The notes under the pieces are model-generated. The model did not search any database. It was not told the origin of the DNA and worked only from the letters and a program-made list of their open reading frames with translations. This document shows, piece by piece, positions 15,067 to 24,200 of a stretch of 47,773 nucleotides of DNA. This DNA is from a virus (lineage: Duplodnaviria > Caudoviricetes): positions 1 to 47,773 of the IMG/VR virus record IMGVR_UViG_3300037307_000061; one strand, 5' to 3'. The first letter of the stretch is position 1; the number at the start of each line of letters is the position of its first letter. Made by a program: the position numbers and the translations under genes.

Positions 15067-15759
15067 ATGGATAAAAGGACAGAGTATCATAGAGAAATGA
15101 ATGATACTATAATTCTTGTTGCTACTTACTTTGGGAACAGTATGACTACTTCATGTTTGAGTAGCATATTAAATGCTGTTACCCACCCGAAGATTCTAAC
15201 TTATAAGAACGATGAAGGCTGGGTAAAAGCATGTAATAGGATGATAGATTTAGTACCTAATTCAGATGTTATCTTACTAAACGATGACACCTATGTTACT
15301 ACAGATATCGTAAAGGAAATGTCTGAGATAGCCTACTCTGATCCCTCTATCGGGATCGTAGGTGGTAAAGCCTTATCGGCGGCAGTCAAAGATATGATAA
15401 TTAACTATGGGATATATGTAGCACCTGATGGAAATACAGCACACAGATTTTACGGTAAGTATGATAACGAAGTAACAGAAGTTATTAAACAGCAAGCAGT
15501 CGAAGGCTCTTGTATGTTTATAAAGCGTGAAGTAATTAATAAGATCGGAGCCTTTGATGAAGGCTACGGCATGGGCTACAGAGAAGAAGTTGACTTGTGT
15601 TTCAGAGCAAGACAGGCGGGCTATAAAGTAGTCTCAGCACCCAATGCTAAATACATGCACTTCACTAGTCAAACGAATAGTAAATTAGGTATCAAGAACG
15701 ATACTCACGAATATTTTATGAAGCGATGGGCTACACCGCTAGCCTTAGGGGAAGTATAA
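15067..15759 (+). CDS. glycosyltransferase family 2
   Basis: 'VILLNDD', 'GIVG', 'VEGSCMFIKREVINKIGAFDEGY.MGY.EEVDLCFRARQAGYK...H...T' is the GT2 signature. Confidence 0.93.
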   Translation: MDKRTEYHREMNDTIILVATYFGNSMTTSCLSSILNAVTHPKILTYKNDEGWVKACNRMIDLVPNSDVILLNDDTYVTTDIVKEMSEIAYSDPSIGIVGGKALSAAVKDMIINYGIYVAPDGNTAHRFYGKYDNEVTEVIKQQAVEGSCMFIKREVINKIGAFDEGYGMGYREEVDLCFRARQAGYKVVSAPNAKYMHFTSQTNSKLGIKNDTHEYFMKRWATPLALGEV

Positions 15760-15771
15760 AGGAGAAGGAAA

Positions 15772-16752
15772 ATGGCGCAAAGAGCAATTGGAGATATGGC
15801 AATATTCTATGGGGACAAGCAGAACACAGGTTACTATGATAACGGTGTTTGGATGGACCTATTAGATATACCTTTTATACAAAAGATAGAGGAAGCATCG
15901 CTATACAAAGTGGTTATCAGGACTTTATGGTTGGAAGCTACTGGATGGTCAAGAGAAATACGAAACAGGTATCCTGAAGTTATCCAAATAGGATTATCTG
16001 ATCATCCCCTTTCAACTCATATAAGCAAACTACCCGCTGATAGACAGCACGCTTATCTCAGCGATTTACAGTATTTAGACGGGATTATGGCACTCTCAGA
16101 AGAGGAACGCCAATGGTATCAAGTAGCATTACCGTCCAAGCCTGTGATACATGCTGGCCTACCATTTCCATTTGAAAACTACGAGAAGAAGTTTGGCAAG
16201 TTTAGGGATAGTCCTAAACAATGGGTAGGTTTAGGAGTCGGGGCATCTGATAACGACCGTAATTTCGTGAGTAATTTACTCGCATTCAAGCTCTTAAAAC
16301 TTAAGAATCCGGATTTACAGGGTGTGTTCCTATCAATCCCTCAACAGCTTATATCGCAAACAGCGTTTTGGGCTGATAAGATTGATGGTGTATATATCCA
16401 TGAACGCACAGAAATGGATGAATACTTAGAATATCTATCTAATTGTAAGTTTGTCATTAATCTTGCTGATAGAAATACACCGGGCAGATTACAAGGTGAA
16501 GCCGCGTTTTTAAATATCCCCGTCATTGGCTCAAACCGTCTTGAATTACAGCGATTGTTATATCCTGATCTTGCTGTATCACCATATGAATTGGAAAAGG
16601 TTGTAGAGTTAGGGCAGATGCTACTCGATAAGCCTGACGAGGGTACGCGGCTAGGAAAGAAAGCCTACGAATCGCTTAAGGTATGGAATTATGATAACAG
16701 TCGGGAAAGGTTTAATAAACTTCTAGAGGAAATTAAGAGGCGGCGATCTTAA
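15772..16752 (+). CDS. glycosyltransferase-like protein (GT-B/GT4-like C-terminal domain)
   Basis: 'YLEYLSNCKFVINL...TPGRLQGEAAFLNIPVIGS' matches the GT4 E-x7-E region, with the first Glu replaced. Confidence 0.75.
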   Translation: MAQRAIGDMAIFYGDKQNTGYYDNGVWMDLLDIPFIQKIEEASLYKVVIRTLWLEATGWSREIRNRYPEVIQIGLSDHPLSTHISKLPADRQHAYLSDLQYLDGIMALSEEERQWYQVALPSKPVIHAGLPFPFENYEKKFGKFRDSPKQWVGLGVGASDNDRNFVSNLLAFKLLKLKNPDLQGVFLSIPQQLISQTAFWADKIDGVYIHERTEMDEYLEYLSNCKFVINLADRNTPGRLQGEAAFLNIPVIGSNRLELQRLLYPDLAVSPYELEKVVELGQMLLDKPDEGTRLGKKAYESLKVWNYDNSRERFNKLLEEIKRRRS

Positions 16753-17225
16753 TGCCAGAAATCATACAGGTTAACCGAAGGTGGATTAAACGGCAGATTG
16801 ATTCTGCGCGCAAAAGCATCGGGCGTAATGTAACTTTCTATGTTCCTACAAGAACAGCATGTTCTTTATGTTCGGTTAGCGGCTGGTATGATACAACAAA
16901 TGATACAACTTATTATGCTACTTGCCCTATATGTGCAGGGCAGTACTGGATAACAGGGTATGATGCTCATGTTATTTTAGCAAGAGTCCATTGGGTATCA
17001 GATGAGGCAGCACAGGTAACACCGGGCGGAAAATATTATATCGGTGAAGCTACTGTTACTGTAGAGAATAAATATCTTGATATAGTAGAAGCAGCGCAAA
17101 GCGAGAAGGGCAAAGTAGTTGTAGATAACCATGAGATGAACATTGTTAGAATAACGCCTTATGGCGCACCGGAAATATCTAGGTACAGAGTAGTACTTAA
17201 AAACGCAGGAGAAAGACCAGCATAA
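16752..17225 (+). CDS. putative head-closure (stopper) protein with zinc-finger insert
   Basis: Position; CSLC...CPIC insert followed by a beta-barrel-like remainder. Confidence 0.55.
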   Translation: MPEIIQVNRRWIKRQIDSARKSIGRNVTFYVPTRTACSLCSVSGWYDTTNDTTYYATCPICAGQYWITGYDAHVILARVHWVSDEAAQVTPGGKYYIGEATVTVENKYLDIVEAAQSEKGKVVVDNHEMNIVRITPYGAPEISRYRVVLKNAGERPA

Positions 17226-17242
17226 AGGGGAGTGGTTAAGGA

Positions 17243-17521
17243 ATGGATAAAACTATATTTAATTCAAACTATGTGGTATGCCCCCATTGTGAGAAAGAGT
17301 TTGTTTATAATAAAGTTAACGGCATTGCATTGATCGAAGCAGCACAGAATATAGAATCCAGAAAAAGAATGTATCTAAGACTAACCTTAGATAACTTGGA
17401 AAGACTTTCGCGCGAAGGAAAGATGGATTTCCTTGCAGTAAAGAAAACAGTATTAGACAACATGAATGATTTAGTAAGAGATATACATACTATATTGGGG
17501 TTTGGTAGCGAGGCTGAGTAA
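17243..17521 (+). CDS. hypothetical protein
   Basis: GGGGAG RBS region, CPHC motif, helical C-terminus. Confidence 0.65.
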   Translation: MDKTIFNSNYVVCPHCEKEFVYNKVNGIALIEAAQNIESRKRMYLRLTLDNLERLSREGKMDFLAVKKTVLDNMNDLVRDIHTILGFGSEAE

Positions 17522-17523
17522 AT

Positions 17524-18351
17524 ATGCCTAGAGGATTTTTAGAGGCAGACACTAGTGAAGTAGTAGGAATGTCTGAAAGATTTTCTATTTACCTTGCCGC
17601 AGAATTGCGTGCTTTACGATCTGAGGCACAAACTGAGGTTAGGAATGTTGTTGCGGATATTTTATGGGATATTGCTATAAGCGCTAATAATTTTCCTGAA
17701 GCATATGCAGATCATTTAGTTGGTGTATTTCAAAGAAAAGCCTTTAATTTAGTAACAGCAACAAACAATCAATTAATATGGACTTTCGATTGGGAACGCG
17801 AGTTAGGGGATAGAATAAGTTTATCACTAGGCTATCACCAAGAAGCTGCATTAAAAGGCGGTGGTCATCATCCTTTAGGTGATCCTTGGATAGGCGGTGA
17901 TCTTAAAAACGCTTTTCCTACAAGATATAAAGCATGGCAAGTTGTAGCTAATAACGGTTCGTGGACAACACAAAAGGTTTCTAAAAAAACGGGTAAACTA
18001 GGAAAACCTCATACATGGACTCCCAAGTATACAGCAGAAGAAACATATGAAGCAAGAACAGAAATATGGGGATGGGAAATGGCACCAGAATGGATAATCT
18101 TGGATCAGGGTACTACCTTTTATCCTCCTGTTGCACCTACTGCTGTAACAACAAATATTAATGTTGTTGCTACAAATTTATTAGCCACTTATACAGCCCG
18201 CGCTGTAGATATGGCACAATTAAGAGCTGATCAAGTTAGTTCAGGGGCAGTAAGAAAACAAGATTATCAAAGCAGAAGTGAATTTTTAAGTGAAATTTCT
18301 AATATAAGAAATAGAACAGCCGGTGGACAATTTGCTCCCGGTTATAAGTAG
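17524..18351 (+). CDS. putative neck / tail-completion protein
   Basis: Position between stopper and terminator; 'APEWIILDQGT' resembles the HK97 gp10-like 'A.Y...vE.GT' motif. Confidence 0.5.
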   Translation: MPRGFLEADTSEVVGMSERFSIYLAAELRALRSEAQTEVRNVVADILWDIAISANNFPEAYADHLVGVFQRKAFNLVTATNNQLIWTFDWERELGDRISLSLGYHQEAALKGGGHHPLGDPWIGGDLKNAFPTRYKAWQVVANNGSWTTQKVSKKTGKLGKPHTWTPKYTAEETYEARTEIWGWEMAPEWIILDQGTTFYPPVAPTAVTTNINVVATNLLATYTARAVDMAQLRADQVSSGAVRKQDYQSRSEFLSEISNIRNRTAGGQFAPGYK

Positions 18352-18360
18352 GGGTAAGTT

Positions 18361-18816
18361 ATGACTAGAAAAAGATATGAAATAACAGCATTTAGAACCG
18401 CTCTTAGTACTTATCTTGTTGCGCGTGGCTGGACAGGAATAACTTACCGGGAACGCTTTCCTACAGAAGCACAGGTTGTAGTACCTATGGTGGCTATTAC
18501 TTTTACACAACCAAGTAGAAAAACTGCTTTGCAGATAGGTGGATCAACTGAGCAGTTATATAGAAGAGTTGTTCAAGTAGATTGTTTCATGGAGAACGGG
18601 GAAAGGGCAGAGGATATATCTGACGACATAATGGATTTTATGGATTTAGAAGCTATCACAATTAGCGATAAGATGACAAATCAGAATGTGGGGACATTAA
18701 TTTGCTACGATACAGAAACAATTTTCGCAGATGTTGTGCCCCCGGATTTAGAAATTGAGAAGGTTAATAGGTGGCGGGCTATAGTTAGAGGTAACTATGA
18801 AGCCCATTATTTCTAA
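18361..18816 (+). CDS. putative tail terminator protein
   Basis: 151 aa just before the tail tube gene; 'P.VAI...IGG...VQVDCF......EDISDDI' pattern. Confidence 0.65.
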   Translation: MTRKRYEITAFRTALSTYLVARGWTGITYRERFPTEAQVVVPMVAITFTQPSRKTALQIGGSTEQLYRRVVQVDCFMENGERAEDISDDIMDFMDLEAITISDKMTNQNVGTLICYDTETIFADVVPPDLEIEKVNRWRAIVRGNYEAHYF

Positions 18817-18902
18817 ACTACTGACACACACAGCAGGGCAGTAAGTTAGATAAAGGTAAAGGTGATATTATTGAGAGAATATTTAAGGAGGATTTGATTT
18901 AG

Positions 18903-20084
18903 ATGGCACGAAGAGCAAGGGTTCACTCAAGAGATTTGCAGCCGCAAATCGTAGCACCTAAAGGAATGTTCGCTGCTGCTAGAGTTCAGAGATTTGATTG
19001 GCCTATGTCCTTACCGACTACTCCAATTGACGAAATTGGACGAAAGCTCCATGTAGGAACAACTACAGAAATTCCTGAGGTTACAGTTACACTTGAAGCA
19101 TTTGATGTAAGCACAAATATTGATGCCTATATGACAGGATACACACCGGGAACATTCCCTGTATCTGGTGCTTCAATCACAGATATTAAGAATGTTGATG
19201 TTGTCGGGCAGATTAGAGATGCCTCAACACAGCAGATTGTTAACGCAATTTATGTTAAGAGAGGAATTGTTACAGGACTGGATGCTTCATTCGGTGTGCG
19301 AGATAATTCTTCAGTAACATATACAGTTACAGCAAACTCAAAGAAAGAATTCAGACAGCCTGTTTACTATGATACATTCACAGCATCAGGTTATCAATGG
19401 GCTTTCTCACTATCAGAGACACCAACATGGCTACCAAGAACATCTGGTTATCTAATTAATGCCAGCCGAATTAATGCTAATGGTTCACAGACTTTTCTTG
19501 ATGAAAGAGTAGACTATAATATCACAGGCACAGGTATTTCATTAGTAACAAGTGCATCAAATAATGATACATATTGGTTTACATATTGCTCAACTACAGC
19601 AAAAACATTCCAGCCTCTTGACGATGTTGCACCAGCAGCCGTTCAGGGTAAGTATGTTCCGGTAACAATTTCAGTTAACAGCATCCCAAGAGTCCAGAGT
19701 GCTACCGTTAGAGCAGCATTCGAATCAGAACAGATTCTAGAAATGGGTGGGCTAGGAAAGCCTGTTGGAACAGAAATTGGTATTCCAAGTGTTACAGGTG
19801 ATATCTCAGTATTAAAGACAGACAACGATCTTCTTTCAATCCTTACAGGACAGTCTATATCAGCCGTAGAAGCCGATCTAGAGTACCAAGTGCCTCTATC
19901 ACTTAAGATTCAATTGAAAGACCCAGCAAATCCAGCGAGAGTTGTCAAAACATATTATGTACCATCAATTACAGTCACACAAGAAAATGATGAATCAACA
20001 GTTAACCAGTCAATGAATGAAACATTCTCATGGGAATCAAAGACCGGAGAACTGTTCATCGTTTCTGGTGCTGGTCCTTGGTGA
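18903..20084 (+). CDS. major tail (tube) protein with two tandem tube domains
   Basis: Strong AAGGAGG RBS, followed by a terminator and the chaperone/TMP genes. 'RVQ...EIG...VG...IP.VT' occurs twice. Confidence 0.85.
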   Translation: MARRARVHSRDLQPQIVAPKGMFAAARVQRFDWPMSLPTTPIDEIGRKLHVGTTTEIPEVTVTLEAFDVSTNIDAYMTGYTPGTFPVSGASITDIKNVDVVGQIRDASTQQIVNAIYVKRGIVTGLDASFGVRDNSSVTYTVTANSKKEFRQPVYYDTFTASGYQWAFSLSETPTWLPRTSGYLINASRINANGSQTFLDERVDYNITGTGISLVTSASNNDTYWFTYCSTTAKTFQPLDDVAPAAVQGKYVPVTISVNSIPRVQSATVRAAFESEQILEMGGLGKPVGTEIGIPSVTGDISVLKTDNDLLSILTGQSISAVEADLEYQVPLSLKIQLKDPANPARVVKTYYVPSITVTQENDESTVNQSMNETFSWESKTGELFIVSGAGPW

Positions 20085-20141
20085 GATTAGACTGGTAATA
20101 CAATATCAGGGTATTTGTAGAATTAAATCTATGAATCTAAA

Positions 20142-20189
20142 GGGGATTAGGCTCGCAATTTGCGGGCCTAGTCCCCGTTATTTTATTTT
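20142..20189 (+). terminator. intrinsic terminator after the major tail gene
   Basis: GGGGATTAGGCTCGCA-ATT-TGCGGGCCTAGTCCCC followed by GTTATTTTATTTT. Confidence 0.8.
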
Positions 20190-20195
20190 GGAGGA

Positions 20196-20939
20196 ATGGT
20201 AATGGGCAAGTTAGCAAATCTTCTTCGTTGGAAGAAGAGGGTAGAGTTAAGGAACGAAAGCAATAAGCCTTTACTGGACGAGGATGGAAATCCTGTTATA
20301 GTTTGGGTTAGACTTTTAGGCGATTTTGATATGCAAGAAGCATTTAAATTAGCACGAATAGACTCAGCAAAGACAAGAGAACTTTTAAGAACACCGGATT
20401 CTATTGAGTATAAAGATCAGGTTCAGCCTTTAATTGAAGCCGATGTAGATCAATGTAAGGAAATAATAAGGGCCGCAAGAAGTGCTAACTGGACAGCAGA
20501 AGCTTATTCGGTTGTTGTTAGGCCGGACCTTCCAGAAATTGAGGAAGTAGCGGTTGATCCCGATGCCCCTACATTGGAAGAGCAGGAAAAACTCGATAAG
20601 AAAACTAAGACCTTAGAAGATAAATATAGAAAAGAAATTGATAAATATATAGAAACAAAGTCAAATGAATTAGAAGCAGAATTAAAGGACATGGAGTTAG
20701 ACGCTCTAAGAGCGATGGCTAAATATGAAGTTTCAAATGTACTTCCCTTAGCCGCTTTTGTTTCTAGATTAAATGACGAGAAAGTTTGGCGTTCTGTGTA
20801 TGTCGATTCTGATTGTAAAGAGAGGGGTTTTTCTAGTTTGGAGGAATTTAAAGAGGCTTCATCAGTTGTACGCGAGCAGTTAATTCAGGCATATACAGCC
20901 TTAGAAAATAATACGAATAGTGATGAACTAAAAAACTAG
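20196..20939 (+). CDS. tail assembly chaperone (gpG-like)
   Basis: Between tube and TMP genes, acidic and helical, ends ...ELKN* on a slippery heptamer. Confidence 0.82.
   Translation: MVMGKLANLLRWKKRVELRNESNKPLLDEDGNPVIVWVRLLGDFDMQEAFKLARIDSAKTRELLRTPDSIEYKDQVQPLIEADVDQCKEIIRAARSANWTAEAYSVVVRPDLPEIEEVAVDPDAPTLEEQEKLDKKTKTLEDKYRKEIDKYIETKSNELEAELKDMELDALRAMAKYEVSNVLPLAAFVSRLNDEKVWRSVYVDSDCKERGFSSLEEFKEASSVVREQLIQAYTALENNTNSDELKN
20930..20936 (+). promoter_or_regulatory. programmed -1 ribosomal frameshift site A AAA AAC
   Basis: CTA AAA AAC TAG. The -1 frame is open (LAEGNAFGTALALAKATG-MPVVEG...) and continuous with the ORF at 20990-21229. Confidence 0.88.
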
Positions 20940-21229
20940 CGGAGGGTAACGCCTTCGGCACAGCTTTAGCGTTAGCCAAAGCTACAGGGATGCCTGTTGT
21001 AGAGGGACTACCAACTTCTACAGAAGAGTTGCCCGCTATTGTAAGTTTTGCAATTCTACATAGAATGAAGATAGATTCATTTAACGAGTTACCTAAGGAT
21101 AAACGACCTCCCCGTGATCTATGGGATAAACAATCTAAACTTGACGAATTCTTTGATGAGGTATTTGAAGTAGATAAATCTAAATCTAATAAACAATTTA
21201 TACCATTTAATAGTGAGGAAGTGGAATAA
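20936..21229 (+). CDS. frameshifted extension of the tail chaperone (gpT-like)
   Basis: -1 frame relative to the 20196 ORF, open from the slippery site to TAA 21229, 3 nt before the TMP start. Confidence 0.8.
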   Translation, partial: LAEGNAFGTALALAKATGMPVVEGLPTSTEELPAIVSFAILHRMKIDSFNELPKDKRPPRDLWDKQSKLDEFFDEVFEVDKSKSNKQFIPFNSEEVE

Positions 21230-21232
21230 GCC

Positions 21233-24200
21233 GTGGCAGATGTACGAGTAAGGTTTATTGGTGATGCTGCATCGCTGCGTGCTTTCTATGCCCAATTGGG
21301 ACAGGAAACGCGAGCCTTTGGAAATGCTGTTGGCAGAGATTCAGAAAAAATTGCCAAAGAATTTTTTAATATTGGTAAGAATACTCCTGTCCAATTAGGT
21401 AAAGTACAAACACAAGTTGATAATGTTAACAGAACCTTTCGTACAATGGCCGCTACAACTGTTCAATGGACAGAAAAAGTTCAACGATTTACTACTGCAC
21501 AACAAAATTTATGGAAACAATGGAGAGCTTCTGGACAATCAATTCAAAATTTTGCTGCCGGAGATAGGGGTTTAGAAGATACTCTAACAAAAATGGAAGA
21601 TAGAGGGCCATTCTCTAATATGACTGAAGTAAATAGAGTCATGTTGGATCAAAAAGAAATCATTCGTGGTAATGTTGATGCATGGGAATCTGCCAATAGG
21701 GCAGTAGATGGCTATAAGCAACAAGCTGTTGCAGCCCTTCCAACAATCCGCAATCTAGTTAATCAGGCTAAAGCACTAGGGCCAGCCGATCCACGAAATG
21801 TAACGGCGGCAAATACAGGCCAAATTCAAAATATGACTCAAATGTTAAATGGGTTATCAAATATATATGGGCGTATTCAAAGAACTGTTGTTAATGGTAC
21901 TGTTCGATACCGTGATCCAGAAACAGGACAGTTTCTTTCTCCGCAATATGTTACAACTCTTCAAAATACTATGCGGCAATACGCTAATATTATAACACAG
22001 TTAAGACAACAACGAAGACAAATAACAAGTGAATTAACTCAACAAGCCGAAGCTTTAAAGGGTGTTGGGACAGGTGGGCTATCAGGTATTGAAACAGCAA
22101 GACAGGCAAGAGCGGCTGCTAGATTAGCACTACCTCCTGTACCACAGGATTTTCAGCAAATGATGGCAGCAGATAAAAAGGGTCAATTACTTAGATTACT
22201 AGGTAAGTCTGGTTTTGGTATGGGTCAAGATACAGCAGGTATTTTAAATACCATGTACGGTTCTAATTTCCGTGTAGTTGATGATCTTGTTCGTGGTGTT
22301 ACTAGAGTTAGTGGTGAATTTACTGACGCCAAAGGTAGGGTAAAAGAATTCTCCGCTGAATTAGACAAGAGCGGTAATGTGGTAACTAGATTTGGTGGGC
22401 AGTTAAGAGGCTTAAAGCAGTTTACCTCTCAAACTATACGAGACTTCCAGAAGGTTGTTGAATGGACTATTGCTACTACAATAGTCTTCTCAACCCTTCG
22501 GCTAACTATGGAAGGATTAAATATTATTAAAGAGTTTGACACCCTTCTTCAAAGATTTGGTATTACTGCACAACTAACAACAGAACAAGCACGAAACTAT
22601 TTTGGTGAGTTTGCTCAAATTGCTACAGCGACCGCTACCCCTTTAAAAGAAATGTTAACAGTAGCAGATGATATTGCTCTAGGTACTCGACAAGCAGGGC
22701 AAACAACTGACGAATGGAAAGATAAGATGATGGAGTTAGCAAACGCTGTAGGAATCTATACAAACCTAACAGGTCAGGATGCTACTCAAGCCACAGATAT
22801 ATTAGTATCTTCAATGAAGCAGTTAGGTATTGAAGCAGAAGATGTAATAGGTATCTTAAATAAAATTACGGCTGTTGCTGGTGGGCAGGCGGGAGCAATT
22901 GCGGATATTACACAAGGTCTAGCCGTAATGGCAGAAGCAGGAAAACAAGCAGGGTTAAGCGTTGATGAAATGATAGCAACTGTTCAGGTGCTATCACAGG
23001 TAACAGCGAAGTCTCCTGCTGAAGTTGCTACAGCATTTAAAAACTTAGTAGGTTCTCTTGATAATCCTGCCGCACTTAAAGCCCTAGAAAAATATGATAT
23101 AGCACTTAAAGATGCTGGTGGTAATCTAAGAAATATTATAGAAATTTATAGTGAGATTGCGGATAAGATACGAAAGGGCATCATAGCAGAAAGCGATGTT
23201 AAGGCGTTGCTAAGAGCCATTTCTGGTGGGCCTAGAAGGCTACCGGATGCTGCTGCTTTACTAGGTAATATCGATTCTGTTAATGAAACAGCACTAAAAA
23301 GTGTTGGAGCAACTAATGAAGCTTTACTTGCCAACGAAAAAATTCTAGGTACACTACAGGCTAAATGGACACAACTTCAAAACTCTATTCAAAAAAATCT
23401 ATTCGGTTCGTTTGGAGCAGATTTCAGACAGTTAGCGGAAAGTGGTATCCAATTCCTTAGAGTTTTAACAGATATAACATCACAGTTTTCTAGTTTGGTA
23501 ACACTATTTATTAAGTTTGCTGTTGTAGCTTTAGCTGCTAGAGCGGCACTAGCGGGTATCAAATTTGTAGGTACATCGTTTGGAGACTTGGCCTTTGCTT
23601 TCTCTGGTGGCTATAAAGCAATGCGCAATACGGTTAATGAAACCTTAAGAGCAACCGATGCTCAACGAGGCTTTAATAATGCTATAAGAACAACTTCTTA
23701 TGGAGCCCTTGGATACGCGCAAAATCTAAAAAATGCTACCAATGCTACAAGTTCCTATATATCTAGAATAGTTGCTTGGGGTAAAGCGGCGAAAGGCGCA
23801 CTACTTGCAGCGGGTGTAGCAGGAATAGCAGGGGGGCTTCTAGGGGGCGCTACAACAGGTGATATGGCCGGTGCCCTTGGGTCAGGCTTATTTGCTGGTG
23901 GTATGGGATTAGCAATGGTTCCTTCACCTTATTTCATTACTCAAATTGCAGGAATTGCAGCAATGCTTGGAGGATTTGCTTTAACTCAAACAACGGGTAA
24001 CGACAATAAAGAAAAGATGCGTTCAGAAGAAACACAGCAAGCCTTAATAACTCTTATTAAACAGTACGGTGAAGCAAGTGATGCTTACGGTAAAGCTCAA
24101 AAAGATAATGAAGAGTTAGGAAAAACTATAGAGGAACTTAACGGTAAACATAAATTAACATCAGATGAATTAATAAGATTACAAGATGCTCAAAATTCTT

